Assembly: GCA_963835575.1 (NCBI GenBank)
Contig: CAWIGG010000002.1
Location: forward strand, 448,001-512,000
Length of the DNA: 64,000 nucleotides
Origin: an uncultured Spirochaetota bacterium
GTDB taxonomy: Bacteria; Spirochaetota; Brevinematia; Brevinematales; JAOACQ01
Reading direction: 5' to 3'
The notes under the pieces were generated by a model. That model saw nothing but the letters and a program-made list of their open reading frames with translations. It was not told the origin of the DNA and ran no database searches. Both the position numbers and the translations under genes were made by a program. Shown here in pieces: positions 39,646 through 50,274 of this stretch. Numbering within the stretch: the stretch's first letter is position 1; every line of letters begins with the position of its first letter.

Positions 39646-41067
39646 CTAATTTTTAATATTTCCGGAACTGTCGAATTTGATTTCTGTATAGGCCTCATAT
39701 TTCTTCCCGTTTATTTCGATAGATTTCGCGGGCTTGGCTGAGAGCAAATTTCCGGTTTCATCCAGAATGATCTGCGTGCCCGGCTCAAAATTGATCTTAT
39801 TGAATGTTTTACTTTCGCCCAGTGTCCCGCCGGAGAGTTTTCCCGATTCAAAGAGGCTGATACGGGTGTTTTTCTGGAATTTGATCCCCTGGAAAGCCAT
39901 GTCTTCCATCACCTGGAAAGATTTGAGTTTTCCGTTCTCAAGAAAATTCAAGTTCCATCCGTTCCTCAGGTTTATTCCCTGAATATTCATGTCCTCGGCC
40001 AGTTTAGCCGTTTTGATCTTTCCGGATTCGTAAAATGAAACGGCCGTGCCTGCTTTAAAAGTTGTTTCCTGGATTTGAGCGTTTTCAGAAAGGGTAATGG
40101 AATTGAGTTTTCCGGATGGGTAGAATGAAACCTTCGCGCCGGTCTTGAGGTTCAGGTCGTTGATCTTCGTATCCTCTGCAAGAACGCCTGCGGAAAGCTC
40201 GCCGGTTTCGTAAAATGTCACCGGCGTACCGGATTTGAAGGTGTATGAAAGGACCTTTGTGTTCTCCTGAAGCTGTGCGCTTTTCAGAGGTCCCGACTCA
40301 TAGAACTTCAGGCTAGTGCCCGTCTTGAGATTTATTTTCTGGACGGTCGAATCCTCGCCGAGGATCCCCGTCAGGACCGTTTCAAACGAACTGAAAACGA
40401 CTTCGCTTCCCGTCTTAAAAACCATATTCTGGATTTTTGTGTTTTCCAGAAGATTGAGCCTTTCCGGCATGATCAGTTCGCCGCTTTTATCGAAATAAAG
40501 GCGCGTTCCGGCGGGAAAGAGGATCCCCTGGATTTTCGCGCTTTCGCTCAAGAGCGCCGTGTCGAGCTTTCCGCTTGAGTTCAGGCCGATCTCGGTGCCT
40601 TTCGGCAGGGCCAGGCCCTGGATTTTAGCCGGTTCGGCGAGGACAGCCGTAGCGAGAGTGCCGGCCTCGATAAAATCGACGGTTGTGCCGCCTTTGCAGG
40701 GAATATTATTGAGTATCGTGTCTTCCGATAGGTAAGCGAAATCCAGCTTGCCGCTTTCATAAAAATAGACAGACGAATCGGCCTTGAATTTAAAGCCCTG
40801 GACAGCGGTATTGCCGGCGAGAACGCAGGATCTCAGGCTTCCGGACTCATAGAACGAGACCTTTTTATTTTTACCGCAGACAATGCCCTGAATTTTGGCG
40901 TCCTGCGCCAGGATGCCGAACTGCAGGCCGGCGGAGGAATAGCTCTGGATCCAGCCGCTCTTGATCGATAGCCCCTGGATTTTTTTTGTTTCGGGAATGT
41001 ATTCCCAATCCCCGTAGATGAAGAGCGGGAAAAGAATAAAAAACAGGGCAAAAAGCGCTTTTTTCAT
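39646..41067 (-). CDS. Exported beta-repeat (MORN-variant-like) protein, paralogue
   Basis: Signal peptide; about 12 repeats L.E.TKIQ...FK.GT.V.FYESG.L. Confidence 0.8.
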   Translation of the reverse strand: MKKALFALFFILFPLFIYGDWEYIPETKKIQGLSIKSGWIQSYSSAGLQFGILAQDAKIQGIVCGKNKKVSFYESGSLRSCVLAGNTAVQGFKFKADSSVYFYESGKLDFAYLSEDTILNNIPCKGGTTVDFIEAGTLATAVLAEPAKIQGLALPKGTEIGLNSSGKLDTALLSESAKIQGILFPAGTRLYFDKSGELIMPERLNLLENTKIQNMVFKTGSEVVFSSFETVLTGILGEDSTVQKINLKTGTSLKFYESGPLKSAQLQENTKVLSYTFKSGTPVTFYETGELSAGVLAEDTKINDLNLKTGAKVSFYPSGKLNSITLSENAQIQETTFKAGTAVSFYESGKIKTAKLAEDMNIQGINLRNGWNLNFLENGKLKSFQVMEDMAFQGIKFQKNTRISLFESGKLSGGTLGESKTFNKINFEPGTQIILDETGNLLSAKPAKSIEINGKKYEAYTEIKFDSSGNIKN

Positions 41068-41117
41068 AATTCCTCCAAAGTAGAAATATGAATTTAAGGG
41101 TTCCTTCTATTATAGTA

Positions 41118-41666
41118 TTAAATTGAGCGATTGGTTAAATAATCCAGCGTATAAAATAATGAAGACACATGCAGAGGTTGATAAATCTTATTATTATTCA
41201 ATAAAGATTTAATTTCTTTAAAAGAATATTTTACGACTTCAATTTGCTCAGTGTCGTCCAAGATTTGATCTTGTTTTAATACCGCATCTAATGTCAGAAA
41301 ACAATATGCCATATTGCTATGATTCGCCGGATTAGGGGATAATTTACATAATTGAATGAAATTATCACTTCCATAACCTGTTTCTTCTAATAATTCCCGT
41401 TTAGCGGCTTCTAACGGTGATTTATCATCTGCTTCAACTGAGCCGCAAGGGAGTTCTAATATTGTGTCTTTCATGCCATGGCGATATTGTTTTATCATAA
41501 TTATCTCATTATTAGTTGTAATAGGAACTATATTAACCCAGTCGGAATATTCTAAAACATAATATGGTTCAATTGTTTTACCATTAGGCATGACACATTC
41601 ATCAGATCTCAGTGAAATCCATTTGTCCTTTATAATATGTTTTGAAGATTTAATCAGCCAATTCAT
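41118..41666 (-). CDS. NUDIX hydrolase (ADP-ribose pyrophosphatase-like), low GC
   Basis: QYR; ELPCG...AAKRELLEETGY Nudix box. Confidence 0.92.
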   Translation of the reverse strand: MNWLIKSSKHIIKDKWISLRSDECVMPNGKTIEPYYVLEYSDWVNIVPITTNNEIIMIKQYRHGMKDTILELPCGSVEADDKSPLEAAKRELLEETGYGSDNFIQLCKLSPNPANHSNMAYCFLTLDAVLKQDQILDDTEQIEVVKYSFKEIKSLLNNNKIYQPLHVSSLFYTLDYLTNRSI

Positions 41667-41788
41667 GCTTAATCCTATATATAATTTTATGAAAAAAGCA
41701 TAGTATACAACCTGTTATAGCTGAAAGCTATCACCATAAATGAGGAATTTCAATTAAACCGGGATGTTGTATTTAAAGTACCTCGAGT

Positions 41789-42949
41789 TTATTTTCCGTT
41801 CCACCGGAATTCTTTCAGTGCAGGGTCGTTTTTAAAATTGTTCTTGATCAGGTTCAGGTCGTCGCTCCCATAGCGGGCCATCAGGGCGTTGGCGATATCG
41901 ACGGCGGCCGCGTTTTCGATCACGACGCCGCATGCGGCCACGGCCGCGACGTCCGAACGCTCCGTCGCGGCGCTCTCGTCCTTTTTTGTTTTGACATTGA
42001 CAGTCTTGAGCGGACTCATCAGGGTAGGGATGGGCTTCATCACAGCCCGGAAAACAATGGGATTGCCGTTAGACATGCCGCCCTCAATACCGCCGGCGCG
42101 GTTCGTCCTTCTATAGTATTGCTTTTTTTTACCGTCAAAGAAAATCTCGTCATGGGCGTCTTTGCCTGAAGTGGAGGCGTTTAAAAAACCGATGCCGAAC
42201 TCGATGCCTTTGACGGCCTGGATGCTCATAACCGTCCGGGCGATGTTCGACTCCAGCTTTTCACAGGAATTCTGGTAGCTTCCGAGGAATGGCGGAACCG
42301 GGCGTATGATCGTTTCGATGATGCCGCCGATGGTGTCGCCCTCCACTTTGATTTTATCTATCAGAGCTTTGATTTCGGCCTCTTTTTCAGGAGAACCGGC
42401 GCTGCGGAGTTCAGAGGCCTCCGCTTTCCGCTTGATTTCGTCTATTGAAAGCGGCGCCGTATCGACGGTGATGCCGCCCCAGTTGACGACATGGGAAATA
42501 ATTTCAATGCCGAATTCCTCTAAAAAAATACGGGCAATGCTGCCGGCCGCTACCCGGGCGGCCGTTTCACGCGCGCTTGAGCGCTCGAGGACCTGGCGCA
42601 TATCATCTGTCAGGCCGTACTTGTACGCCCCGATCAGGTCGGCATGCCCTGGGCGCGGTTTTAAAACCGGCTCGGATTCCTTATTCTTCCAGTTTTCATA
42701 ATCCTTGTTCCAGATGATAAGAGTAATGGGTGCGCCGTTTGTTTTTCCCTTGATAATGCCCGAGATGATCTCGGTGCGGTCGCTTTCTATTTTCATCCGG
42801 GCGCCGCGGCCGTATCCGCCCTGCCTTCTCGAAAGCTCGCGGTTGATATAAGTTTCGTCAATCTTTAAATTGGAAGGGATGCCTTTTATTGTGACGGTCA
42901 TTCCCTTTCCATGCGATTCGCCGGATGTGATGTATTCGATCATAAACAA
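41789..42949 (-). CDS. aroC: Chorismate synthase
   Basis: GESHG, RPGHAD, ERSSARETA, GGIEGGMSNG, MKPIPT. Confidence 0.97.
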   Translation of the reverse strand: MFMIEYITSGESHGKGMTVTIKGIPSNLKIDETYINRELSRRQGGYGRGARMKIESDRTEIISGIIKGKTNGAPITLIIWNKDYENWKNKESEPVLKPRPGHADLIGAYKYGLTDDMRQVLERSSARETAARVAAGSIARIFLEEFGIEIISHVVNWGGITVDTAPLSIDEIKRKAEASELRSAGSPEKEAEIKALIDKIKVEGDTIGGIIETIIRPVPPFLGSYQNSCEKLESNIARTVMSIQAVKGIEFGIGFLNASTSGKDAHDEIFFDGKKKQYYRRTNRAGGIEGGMSNGNPIVFRAVMKPIPTLMSPLKTVNVKTKKDESAATERSDVAAVAACGVVIENAAAVDIANALMARYGSDDLNLIKNNFKNDPALKEFRWNGK

Positions 42950-43125
42950 TTCCTGATATATTTTTCATTATTTTAATGCTATTTAATTATAATATCAATC
43001 AAAGAAATTATAATTAATGGGTCTTCCGCTAAGGCACGCGAATGCACGCCAATGAATTCATAATCAAATACTTTAATTCGCGTTTATTCGCGTGTATTAG
43101 CGGATTATCAAGTTTCCAATACAGT

Positions 43126-44685
43126 TCAATCGACTCTATAGTGCGTCCCGATGCTTTCGCGGTTGGCCAGGGCATGCTTGGCGACGATCAGGCCCGTCTG
43201 GACGGCGTTGCGGAGCTCGATGATGGATTTGCAGACTTTCGTGTCGCGGTAGAAATCCTCAATGTCTTCCTTTAAATTATTGAGATCAACTATGGCCCTT
43301 CTGAGCCTTTTTGTACCCCTGACCGCCCCGACATAATTCCACATGATATTTTTCAGCAGGTTCCAGTCCTGATTGATCAATGCCGGGTCAACTTCTTCGG
43401 TAATGCCAGTGTCGATCCAATCCTGGATTTTTGAAAAACCCAGGTCTGTCATAAAATCCTTTCTGTTTTTAGTGATATGTTCGGCGATCCTTTTCCCGAA
43501 AATCACGCCTTCAAGGAGGGATGTGCTGGCCAGACGGTTCGCCCCATGCAGGCCGGTGCATGCTGATTCGCCGGCGGCAAAAAGCCTTTCGATGCTGGTC
43601 CTGCCGTTCATATCGGTCAGTATTCCACCGCATGAAAAATGAAAAGCCGGTACTACGGGGATCGGCTGCATCGTGATATCGAAGCCGTACTGCAGGCAGG
43701 TTTCGTAAATATTGGGAAAGCGGGCTTTGATATCCCCGCTGCCTATCCGGGTGACATCCAGATAAACAAATTTCTCGCCCGATTCCAGCATTTCGTTCAG
43801 CATGGCGCGCGTAACAATATCCCTGGGCGCGAGGTCTTTCTGCGGATGGTATTTCTCCATGAACTGGTGCCCGTTCTTATCAATAATGACGGCTCCCTCG
43901 CCCCGGACGGATTCGGAGATCAGAAAATTATTGGCCTTCGGATGGTAAAGAGTCGTCGGGTGGAACTGGGTATATTCCATATTAATAAGTCTGGCGCCGG
44001 CCCGGTTTGCCATAGCGTATCCGTCGCCCGTGGCCAGGTATGGATTTGTCGTATGAAGGTAAATCTGGCCCATGCCGCCCGTGGCCAGAATAACGACTTT
44101 TGAAAGGATCTTCTGGACTGTTTTGTTTTTATTATCAACGGTATAAACGCCCATGGATGTGATCGGCTGGTACATACGGAATTTATCCGTTGAATGGTGG
44201 TCCAGGGTAATGATATCAATGGCGGTATGATCGACAAGTTGTGTGATATTTTTACATTTTTCAATGGCTTTTACAGCCTTTTGCTCAACGCTTTTTCCAG
44301 TCGAGTCAAAGGCATGGAGGATCCTGCGGGTGGAATGAGCCCCTTCTTCCGTCAGGTCGTATTGCCCTCTTTCGTCTTTTGAAAATTCGACATGGAAATT
44401 CTTGATGAGGACTTCTTCCACGGCGCTGCCTGATTCCAGCGCGACAATGCGGGCAGCTTCGGGATTGGAAATGCCTCCGCCGGCGCTCATAATATCATTA
44501 TAGAGAAGTTCGGGCGAGTCTTTTTTTCCCCTGTAGACAATACCGCCCTGAGCATAGTATGTATTGCTTTCCTGTAATTGATCCGCTTTATTGATCAGGC
44601 CTATTGAAAAGCCTTCTTTAGAAAGGTAATAAGCGCAGACGCATCCGGCGATCCCGCTTCCCACAATAACTACATCAAATTCCAT
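43126..44685 (-). CDS. nadB: L-aspartate oxidase
   Basis: AQGG, EGAHS.RRILH, QFHPT, LISESVRGEG, GLHGANRLASTSLLE. Confidence 0.96.
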   Translation of the reverse strand: MEFDVVIVGSGIAGCVCAYYLSKEGFSIGLINKADQLQESNTYYAQGGIVYRGKKDSPELLYNDIMSAGGGISNPEAARIVALESGSAVEEVLIKNFHVEFSKDERGQYDLTEEGAHSTRRILHAFDSTGKSVEQKAVKAIEKCKNITQLVDHTAIDIITLDHHSTDKFRMYQPITSMGVYTVDNKNKTVQKILSKVVILATGGMGQIYLHTTNPYLATGDGYAMANRAGARLINMEYTQFHPTTLYHPKANNFLISESVRGEGAVIIDKNGHQFMEKYHPQKDLAPRDIVTRAMLNEMLESGEKFVYLDVTRIGSGDIKARFPNIYETCLQYGFDITMQPIPVVPAFHFSCGGILTDMNGRTSIERLFAAGESACTGLHGANRLASTSLLEGVIFGKRIAEHITKNRKDFMTDLGFSKIQDWIDTGITEEVDPALINQDWNLLKNIMWNYVGAVRGTKRLRRAIVDLNNLKEDIEDFYRDTKVCKSIIELRNAVQTGLIVAKHALANRESIGTHYRVD

Positions 44686-44700
44686 GAATATCTCCCGATG

Positions 44701-45468
44701 TTATAATTCGGATAATATAAGCGGTTTGCCGTCGGTAACAGCGATGGAATGTTCCCAGTGGGCGGCAGGCTTTTTATCCAGGGTGACCACGGTCCATCCG
44801 TCGCTTTCGGTCCTGACCTGATAGCCTCCGAGCGCGATCATCGGTTCGATCGCCAGGACCATCCCTTTTTTGAGCCGCGGGCCTTTCCGCTTCGGGTCAT
44901 AATAATTGACAATCGGCGGTTCTTCATGCAGGGCTTTTCCGACTCCGTGCCCGCAGTAATCCCGGATGATTCCGTAACCTTTGGGCTGGAGGTAAAAAGA
45001 TATGGTCTTGCCGATGTCATTTAAATAACTGCCTTCTCTTGCCGCGTTGATTCCCAGCAGTAAGGATTCATAAGTCTCGATCACAAGCTGTTTAACTTCA
45101 GGCATGACATTCCCCACCATATAGGTATAGGCCGCGTCCCCGTAATAACCGGACAGAATTGTCCCGACATCAATACTGACTATGTCGCCGTCTCTTATCA
45201 CCCGGCTGCCGGGTATGCCGTGGATCACCTGCTCGTTAATAGAAATGCATGTGGCGGCGGGATATCTCGGGAAATGAGGGGCCGGTTTATATCCCTTGAA
45301 AGATGGAATGGCGCCTTTTGAAAGGATAAAATCCTCGGCGATCCGGTCGATCTCCCCGGTCGTAATACCCGCCCTGACATAAGGTTTTAAATTAACAAAA
45401 AGCTCCGCTATGATATGATTGCTTTTTTTAATATATTCGATTTCAACGCTGTTTTTAATCAGTATCAT
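44701..45468 (-). CDS. map: Methionine aminopeptidase type I
   Basis: HGIP, DVG..GYYGD, GHGVG..LHE.P, AIEPM, AHWEHS. Confidence 0.96.
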   Translation of the reverse strand: MILIKNSVEIEYIKKSNHIIAELFVNLKPYVRAGITTGEIDRIAEDFILSKGAIPSFKGYKPAPHFPRYPAATCISINEQVIHGIPGSRVIRDGDIVSIDVGTILSGYYGDAAYTYMVGNVMPEVKQLVIETYESLLLGINAAREGSYLNDIGKTISFYLQPKGYGIIRDYCGHGVGKALHEEPPIVNYYDPKRKGPRLKKGMVLAIEPMIALGGYQVRTESDGWTVVTLDKKPAAHWEHSIAVTDGKPLILSEL

Positions 45469-45471
45469 GTT

Positions 45472-45942
45472 TTATTTTGCGGACGCTTCTTTGACTTTCA
45501 GATCGGACATTTTCTTTTTTTCTTCCTCAAAGATCGCGTCAAAATTAATGGACGGTCCGGAGACAAAAGCGTCTTCAATGATCTTATCGACATCCTTTTT
45601 CTGCCCGGCTGTAATGATAATATTCCCTTTCACGACAACGCCGGGTTCCATTGAAAGCTGGGGAGTGGTTATATTGCCCAGGACCCTGCCGGTGGAGAGA
45701 AGCTTTACTTCATCCAGCGCTTCGATATCGCCCAGGACAACCCCCGCTATGGTGACCTTTTTTGCCCGGATGACTTCGGTCTTGACCTTGCCGGTTTCGC
45801 CGACATAAAGGTGTTCCTCGGACCGGATTTCCCCCTCGAATTTTCCGTCAATCTGGAAAGAACCATGGACAAAAAATTTACCCTGAAATACCGAACCTTC
45901 ACCTATCATTGTATTGATTGAGCCTTCGGCTTTTGGCGGCAT
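45472..45942 (-). CDS. Bactofilin (polymer-forming cytoskeletal protein)
   Basis: T.IGEG..F.G....G...IDG.FEG.I beta-helix pattern. Confidence 0.9.
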   Translation of the reverse strand: MPPKAEGSINTMIGEGSVFQGKFFVHGSFQIDGKFEGEIRSEEHLYVGETGKVKTEVIRAKKVTIAGVVLGDIEALDEVKLLSTGRVLGNITTPQLSMEPGVVVKGNIIITAGQKKDVDKIIEDAFVSGPSINFDAIFEEEKKKMSDLKVKEASAK

Positions 45943-46046
45943 AATGACCTCCTTTTATTGCGATCAGAGAAAAGTGCAATTGCGTATTATATCGTCAATT
46001 TAACCCTATGATTATAACATAAAAATTAATTTCACGTTATATTTAT

Positions 46047-46889
46047 TCAGTTATTTATAAAGGAAGGCACAAAACTGCGGAAATATTTTTCAGCCTGTGC
46101 CAGATCCAGGCCGAAACGGCCGATTTCCTCTTTGCTGTCATCTCCATGAAAATCGCTTCCCGCTGTCAGAATAAGGCTCTTTGAAAAGGTCTCTTCAATC
46201 TTCCTGGATAGATCATGCGAGATTTTCGGGTGTTTATATTCAATTCCAGACAGACCGGAAGAGATCATTTTATCGAGATAATTCCAGTTTTTTGAAGTAT
46301 ATAAAAAAGTCGGATGAGCGGCCACGGCATTTCCGTTATTTTCTTTGATGGTGCGGATGATATCATATGTGTTGACTTCTCTTCTCGGAATATGGCAGGG
46401 GCGCCCGCCTCCCAGGTATTTATCAAAAACCTCATGCGTGTCCGCCGCGTAACCCTGCCGCACCATTTCCCGCGCTATATGCATCCTTCCGACAGGGGCT
46501 TTGTTATTTTTGATAATATTATTGATGTCTAAATTTATGTTGTATTTCTTCAGGCAGTCCAGGATGCGCATCGCCCTTCCGAGGCGCGATTCCTTGAACT
46601 GCCGGGTGAGACCGTCCATTTTTTTATAGGAAAAATCAGAAAAATACCCCAGGATATGAAGTTCCCCCGTCTCTTCAAGAAAAGTCGAGAATTCGCATCC
46701 GGCGATAAAAAAAAGGCCGGTTTTTTTTCTCTGAAAAACTTTAATGACGGATTCAATCCCCTCAAAAGAGTCATGGTCGGTGAGGGCGAACCCGGGAAGG
46801 CCCTTCTGTATGGCCATAGAGGTTATGTCTTCCGGGCTGTAAAGCCCGTCCGAAAAATTTGAGTGTATATGCAAATCGACTAATTTCAA
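46047..46889 (-). CDS. PHP domain metal-dependent phosphoesterase
   Basis: DLHIHS..SDG, TDHD, HILGY, AHP, GSDFHG. Confidence 0.92.
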   Translation of the reverse strand: MKLVDLHIHSNFSDGLYSPEDITSMAIQKGLPGFALTDHDSFEGIESVIKVFQRKKTGLFFIAGCEFSTFLEETGELHILGYFSDFSYKKMDGLTRQFKESRLGRAMRILDCLKKYNINLDINNIIKNNKAPVGRMHIAREMVRQGYAADTHEVFDKYLGGGRPCHIPRREVNTYDIIRTIKENNGNAVAAHPTFLYTSKNWNYLDKMISSGLSGIEYKHPKISHDLSRKIEETFSKSLILTAGSDFHGDDSKEEIGRFGLDLAQAEKYFRSFVPSFINN

Positions 46890-47030
46890 AGAAAAGCTCC
46901 TTTATTAACAATTTAATTCAAAAAGTCTTTTAAGTCTTCCGCTAAGCCACGCGAATACACGCTAATGATAATTATTTCAATTATAAATATATATTTTTGA
47001 AATTATATAAAAACATCAATTTTTAAATTA

Positions 47031-47438
47031 TTATAATATCTTATTCGCGTCCATTAGCGGATTACTCGTTCCTTTAGATTGACGATTTGTTCCTGATGTT
47101 GCTATCAGATTGACGCCTTTCATGATAAAATCGTGTATAAGTATCTGTCCCTCCGATACAGGCGCTTTAAAGGCTTTTTCCCTGATAATCGCCATTGCTT
47201 CAAACAGCTTTTTTTGGGGGATCGGCCTGTCGGTCCGGACGCTCGCAAGGCTTTCAATCCCGCCGGTTACTTTAACGGTCGATGTCAGCGTTCTCTGCGG
47301 ATTGTCCATTTCTTCGCGGGCATACTCAGCGCCTTTTTTGCAGACGGCGTTTTGGACTTCATAATGCCCGTTTTTTTGCTTTATAATTGTCATCAGGCAG
47401 CTTTTCGGGCAGAGTATGCAGGTGAGGGATGTTTTCAT
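47031..47438 (-). CDS. DUF1667 family metal-binding protein
   Basis: CILCPKSC, C.KG..YA..E..NP.R.LTSTV, V.T..PIP. Confidence 0.88.
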   Translation of the reverse strand: MKTSLTCILCPKSCLMTIIKQKNGHYEVQNAVCKKGAEYAREEMDNPQRTLTSTVKVTGGIESLASVRTDRPIPQKKLFEAMAIIREKAFKAPVSEGQILIHDFIMKGVNLIATSGTNRQSKGTSNPLMDANKIL

Positions 47439-47892
47439 AAAGATTCCTTTATATTTACCACAAAGACACAAAGAGCACGAAGAAACACGAAGATTGTATT
47501 AGCGGCATTTATTGTAATATAAAAAGCCATTTATTAACATACCTTTCTTATAATATCCGATTGTTCACGCGGATTAGACGGATGCCTCGACTACGATCGG
47601 CACAAGTTCCGCGGATTTGCGCGGATTGGGATTGGATTTTAATCGGAATTCTAATATTCATAATTAATTCCATTCATCTTTTCAAAATTAACATTAAAAA
47701 TATTGTTTAACTTTTTCCCATATTGAAAAATAATTGTATCTTTTCTTGTATTAATATAAATTAATCCGCTAGTCAGATTTTCATCATATAAAGATTTAAT
47801 AATTTCACCCTTATTATTAATGAATAATGCCCCCCCACCTCTTTTATCTTCTCTAATAAAACTATATAAAAAAATATTAAAATTTAATATAT

Positions 47893-49658
47893 GGCCCTAC
47901 TGCAAAAACAATCCTACCGATTCATGTACAAAAGTTGCATAACTCGTTATAATATATGCACATGAATCAGAGAGAGGTCAAAATGTTCAAGCTGAATCAG
48001 AGACATATAGAACAGGATTTATATCCGGTAAGATATGAAATGAACCAGGAAATGAGAGAAAGTTTAAATGAAAGCTGGGCCGGGCTTTTTTACCAGAAAG
48101 TTTTCTCAAAAATAAATGAGCGGAAGTTTGCTCCACTATATGACCCAAAACTTGGTAGGAGTAATTTCCCGGTCAACATATTAGCCGGGCTGGAAATCAT
48201 GAAAGAGCTATTCTCTCTGACCGATGAACAGTTGTTTGAGCGGTATCGATATGATTTATCGTTTCGATACGCGCTGGGATTGGAAGACATCAACGCGCAG
48301 CAGATGTCGATCAGGACGTTATACTATTTTCGTGCCGCTGTGGCGGAGAATCAGGACGGGCTTTTTGACGTTATATTTGATGAGTTTCGGGATCTTTTAA
48401 TTGGAGAGGTCGGGATCAAAACCGGACTGCAGAGGACAGATTCTGTAATGATTGGGGCCAATATCAAGCGGCTGAATCGGGTTATGCTGTTTCATAAAGT
48501 GTTGTCCAATATGGCGGAAGATGTTTCCAATGCTGGATTTTCCTTAAGTGAAAGATGTAAGGATTTTCTAAAACAAAATGAGGACGGATTCAGTTATCGA
48601 CTGAAAAAGGAGAATTACGAATCGAAAACGGTGGAAATTGGCGAGGAAATATTCGGGCTGATTACAGAGAACGTGTTTCACAATAAAGTCAGGAAACAAA
48701 AGAGTTTCCGGCAGGCAATGAGACTTTTGCGGGAACAATGCCGGATAGAAAAAGAAGGCAAGGTGACGCTGAAGCTGCCGCGGGAAATCAAAGCCTCATC
48801 GATGCAGTCGCCGGTGGACGAAGACGCGACCTACCGGGAGAAGCGGGGAAAACAGTATGTCGGGTATAAGGTGAACGCGGTTGAAACCTGTGACCCTCAA
48901 AATCCGATGCAGGTGATTACCAGCATAGAAACCGCATCGAATAATGCTGACGATGGGGATTTATTCCGCAGGCAACTATCTAATTTAAAAAAGGAAACGA
49001 ATATTGAAACAGCGATAAGCGATGGCGGTTATAATTCTGAAGACCTTCGGAATGAGAGCGGCGAAGACGTTCAACTGGTAATGAGCGCGATACGCGGCGT
49101 CGATCTGGAAGGGATAAAAAACAAAGCGAAACTTTCTGAGTATACAGACCCAAAAACCGGCAAATATGGGATGTGTCCGGCGGGAGAAATCCCGAATAGC
49201 ATTATTGAAAATGAAGATGGTTCCGTGGTATTGAATTTTGATGTAAAAAAATGTGCCGCCTGCGATAAGAAAGAAAATTGTCTGGCCTGTGTCGGCAAGA
49301 AGCAAAGTCGGCTGGTAATAGACGCCAAAAGGGAATGGATGGATGAATTTTTGGAATTGATATGTATGGATGCAGGAAAATTTCTGATGGGACTACGCCC
49401 TGCCGTAGAAGGATTGATGAGTTTATTGAAACCAAAGTATTTGAGCGGCAGGATTTTGTTCCGTGGTCTGGTAAAAGTCAAAACCCGCATGCTTTTAAGG
49501 GGAATCGGGATTAATTTCAAGAGATATCGGGGCTATTTGGCTGATAAATCGAAGGCTGCCGCCGACATGGCCTTTGATTTCTTAATCTTTTTCCTTGTGC
49601 GGTTGAAAATTTGCCGGAATATCCCCTATGCTTGTGTTTGAATTTTTTCAGCAGGGCC
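47893..49658 (+). mobile_element. IS1182 family element
   Basis: IRs GGCCCTACTGCAAAAA / TTTTTTCAGCAGGGCC; TSD ATATAT at 47887-47892 and 49659-49664. Confidence 0.85.
47956..49641 (+). CDS. IS1182-like DDE transposase
   Basis: DUF772-like N-term; RTDS, D.DATYR.K, GYK, DGGY, CxxC...C, R..VEG. Confidence 0.82.
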   Translation: MHMNQREVKMFKLNQRHIEQDLYPVRYEMNQEMRESLNESWAGLFYQKVFSKINERKFAPLYDPKLGRSNFPVNILAGLEIMKELFSLTDEQLFERYRYDLSFRYALGLEDINAQQMSIRTLYYFRAAVAENQDGLFDVIFDEFRDLLIGEVGIKTGLQRTDSVMIGANIKRLNRVMLFHKVLSNMAEDVSNAGFSLSERCKDFLKQNEDGFSYRLKKENYESKTVEIGEEIFGLITENVFHNKVRKQKSFRQAMRLLREQCRIEKEGKVTLKLPREIKASSMQSPVDEDATYREKRGKQYVGYKVNAVETCDPQNPMQVITSIETASNNADDGDLFRRQLSNLKKETNIETAISDGGYNSEDLRNESGEDVQLVMSAIRGVDLEGIKNKAKLSEYTDPKTGKYGMCPAGEIPNSIIENEDGSVVLNFDVKKCAACDKKENCLACVGKKQSRLVIDAKREWMDEFLELICMDAGKFLMGLRPAVEGLMSLLKPKYLSGRILFRGLVKVKTRMLLRGIGINFKRYRGYLADKSKAAADMAFDFLIFFLVRLKICRNIPYACV

Positions 49659-50274
49659 ATATATACTTTGCAAAAATACTTTTACTGAATTTTGCATTTT
49701 GATCAGGATTTTTAATATTTTCTTTTATATTTATTTTATTTAAATTTAAATTGATAAATTCAACAGGCATATGTATAGAAGTCTGATTATTATAATTATT
49801 TATTATATTTGTGATATTCAACCCGCTTTCCAAAATTAGTTTCTTTTCTATTTTCAGTTCTATGTTTTCAACTTTTAAAACATACTTCCTACCAATAAAG
49901 AAATTGGTGCCTGTATAATCAGGATATAGTATATATGTGTCCTTTCCCTCGATCATAGGCGGTAAGTTATTAATGAGGATTCCATTGTTGCCTACCCCAA
50001 TCTTAATAACCAGATCCCCATTATTATTCATTGAAATTGTTTTAGTTTCATTTAATGAATCCTCTAGGGCTCTTTTGAATGCAAATGTGCCACTAAATTC
50101 AAACTCCTTTATCTTTGCCAGATTGATATCCCTGGTATAAAGGGTTATTTTTATTATTTCCCGGAATTCCCCTTTTTTTTCCACAAATTCCACATATTTT
50201 ATGTAATCATCCCAGGTCAGGCTGTTATACTGGCCTTCCCAGTCCTTTTTTATTAGACTTCATATATTCATAAA

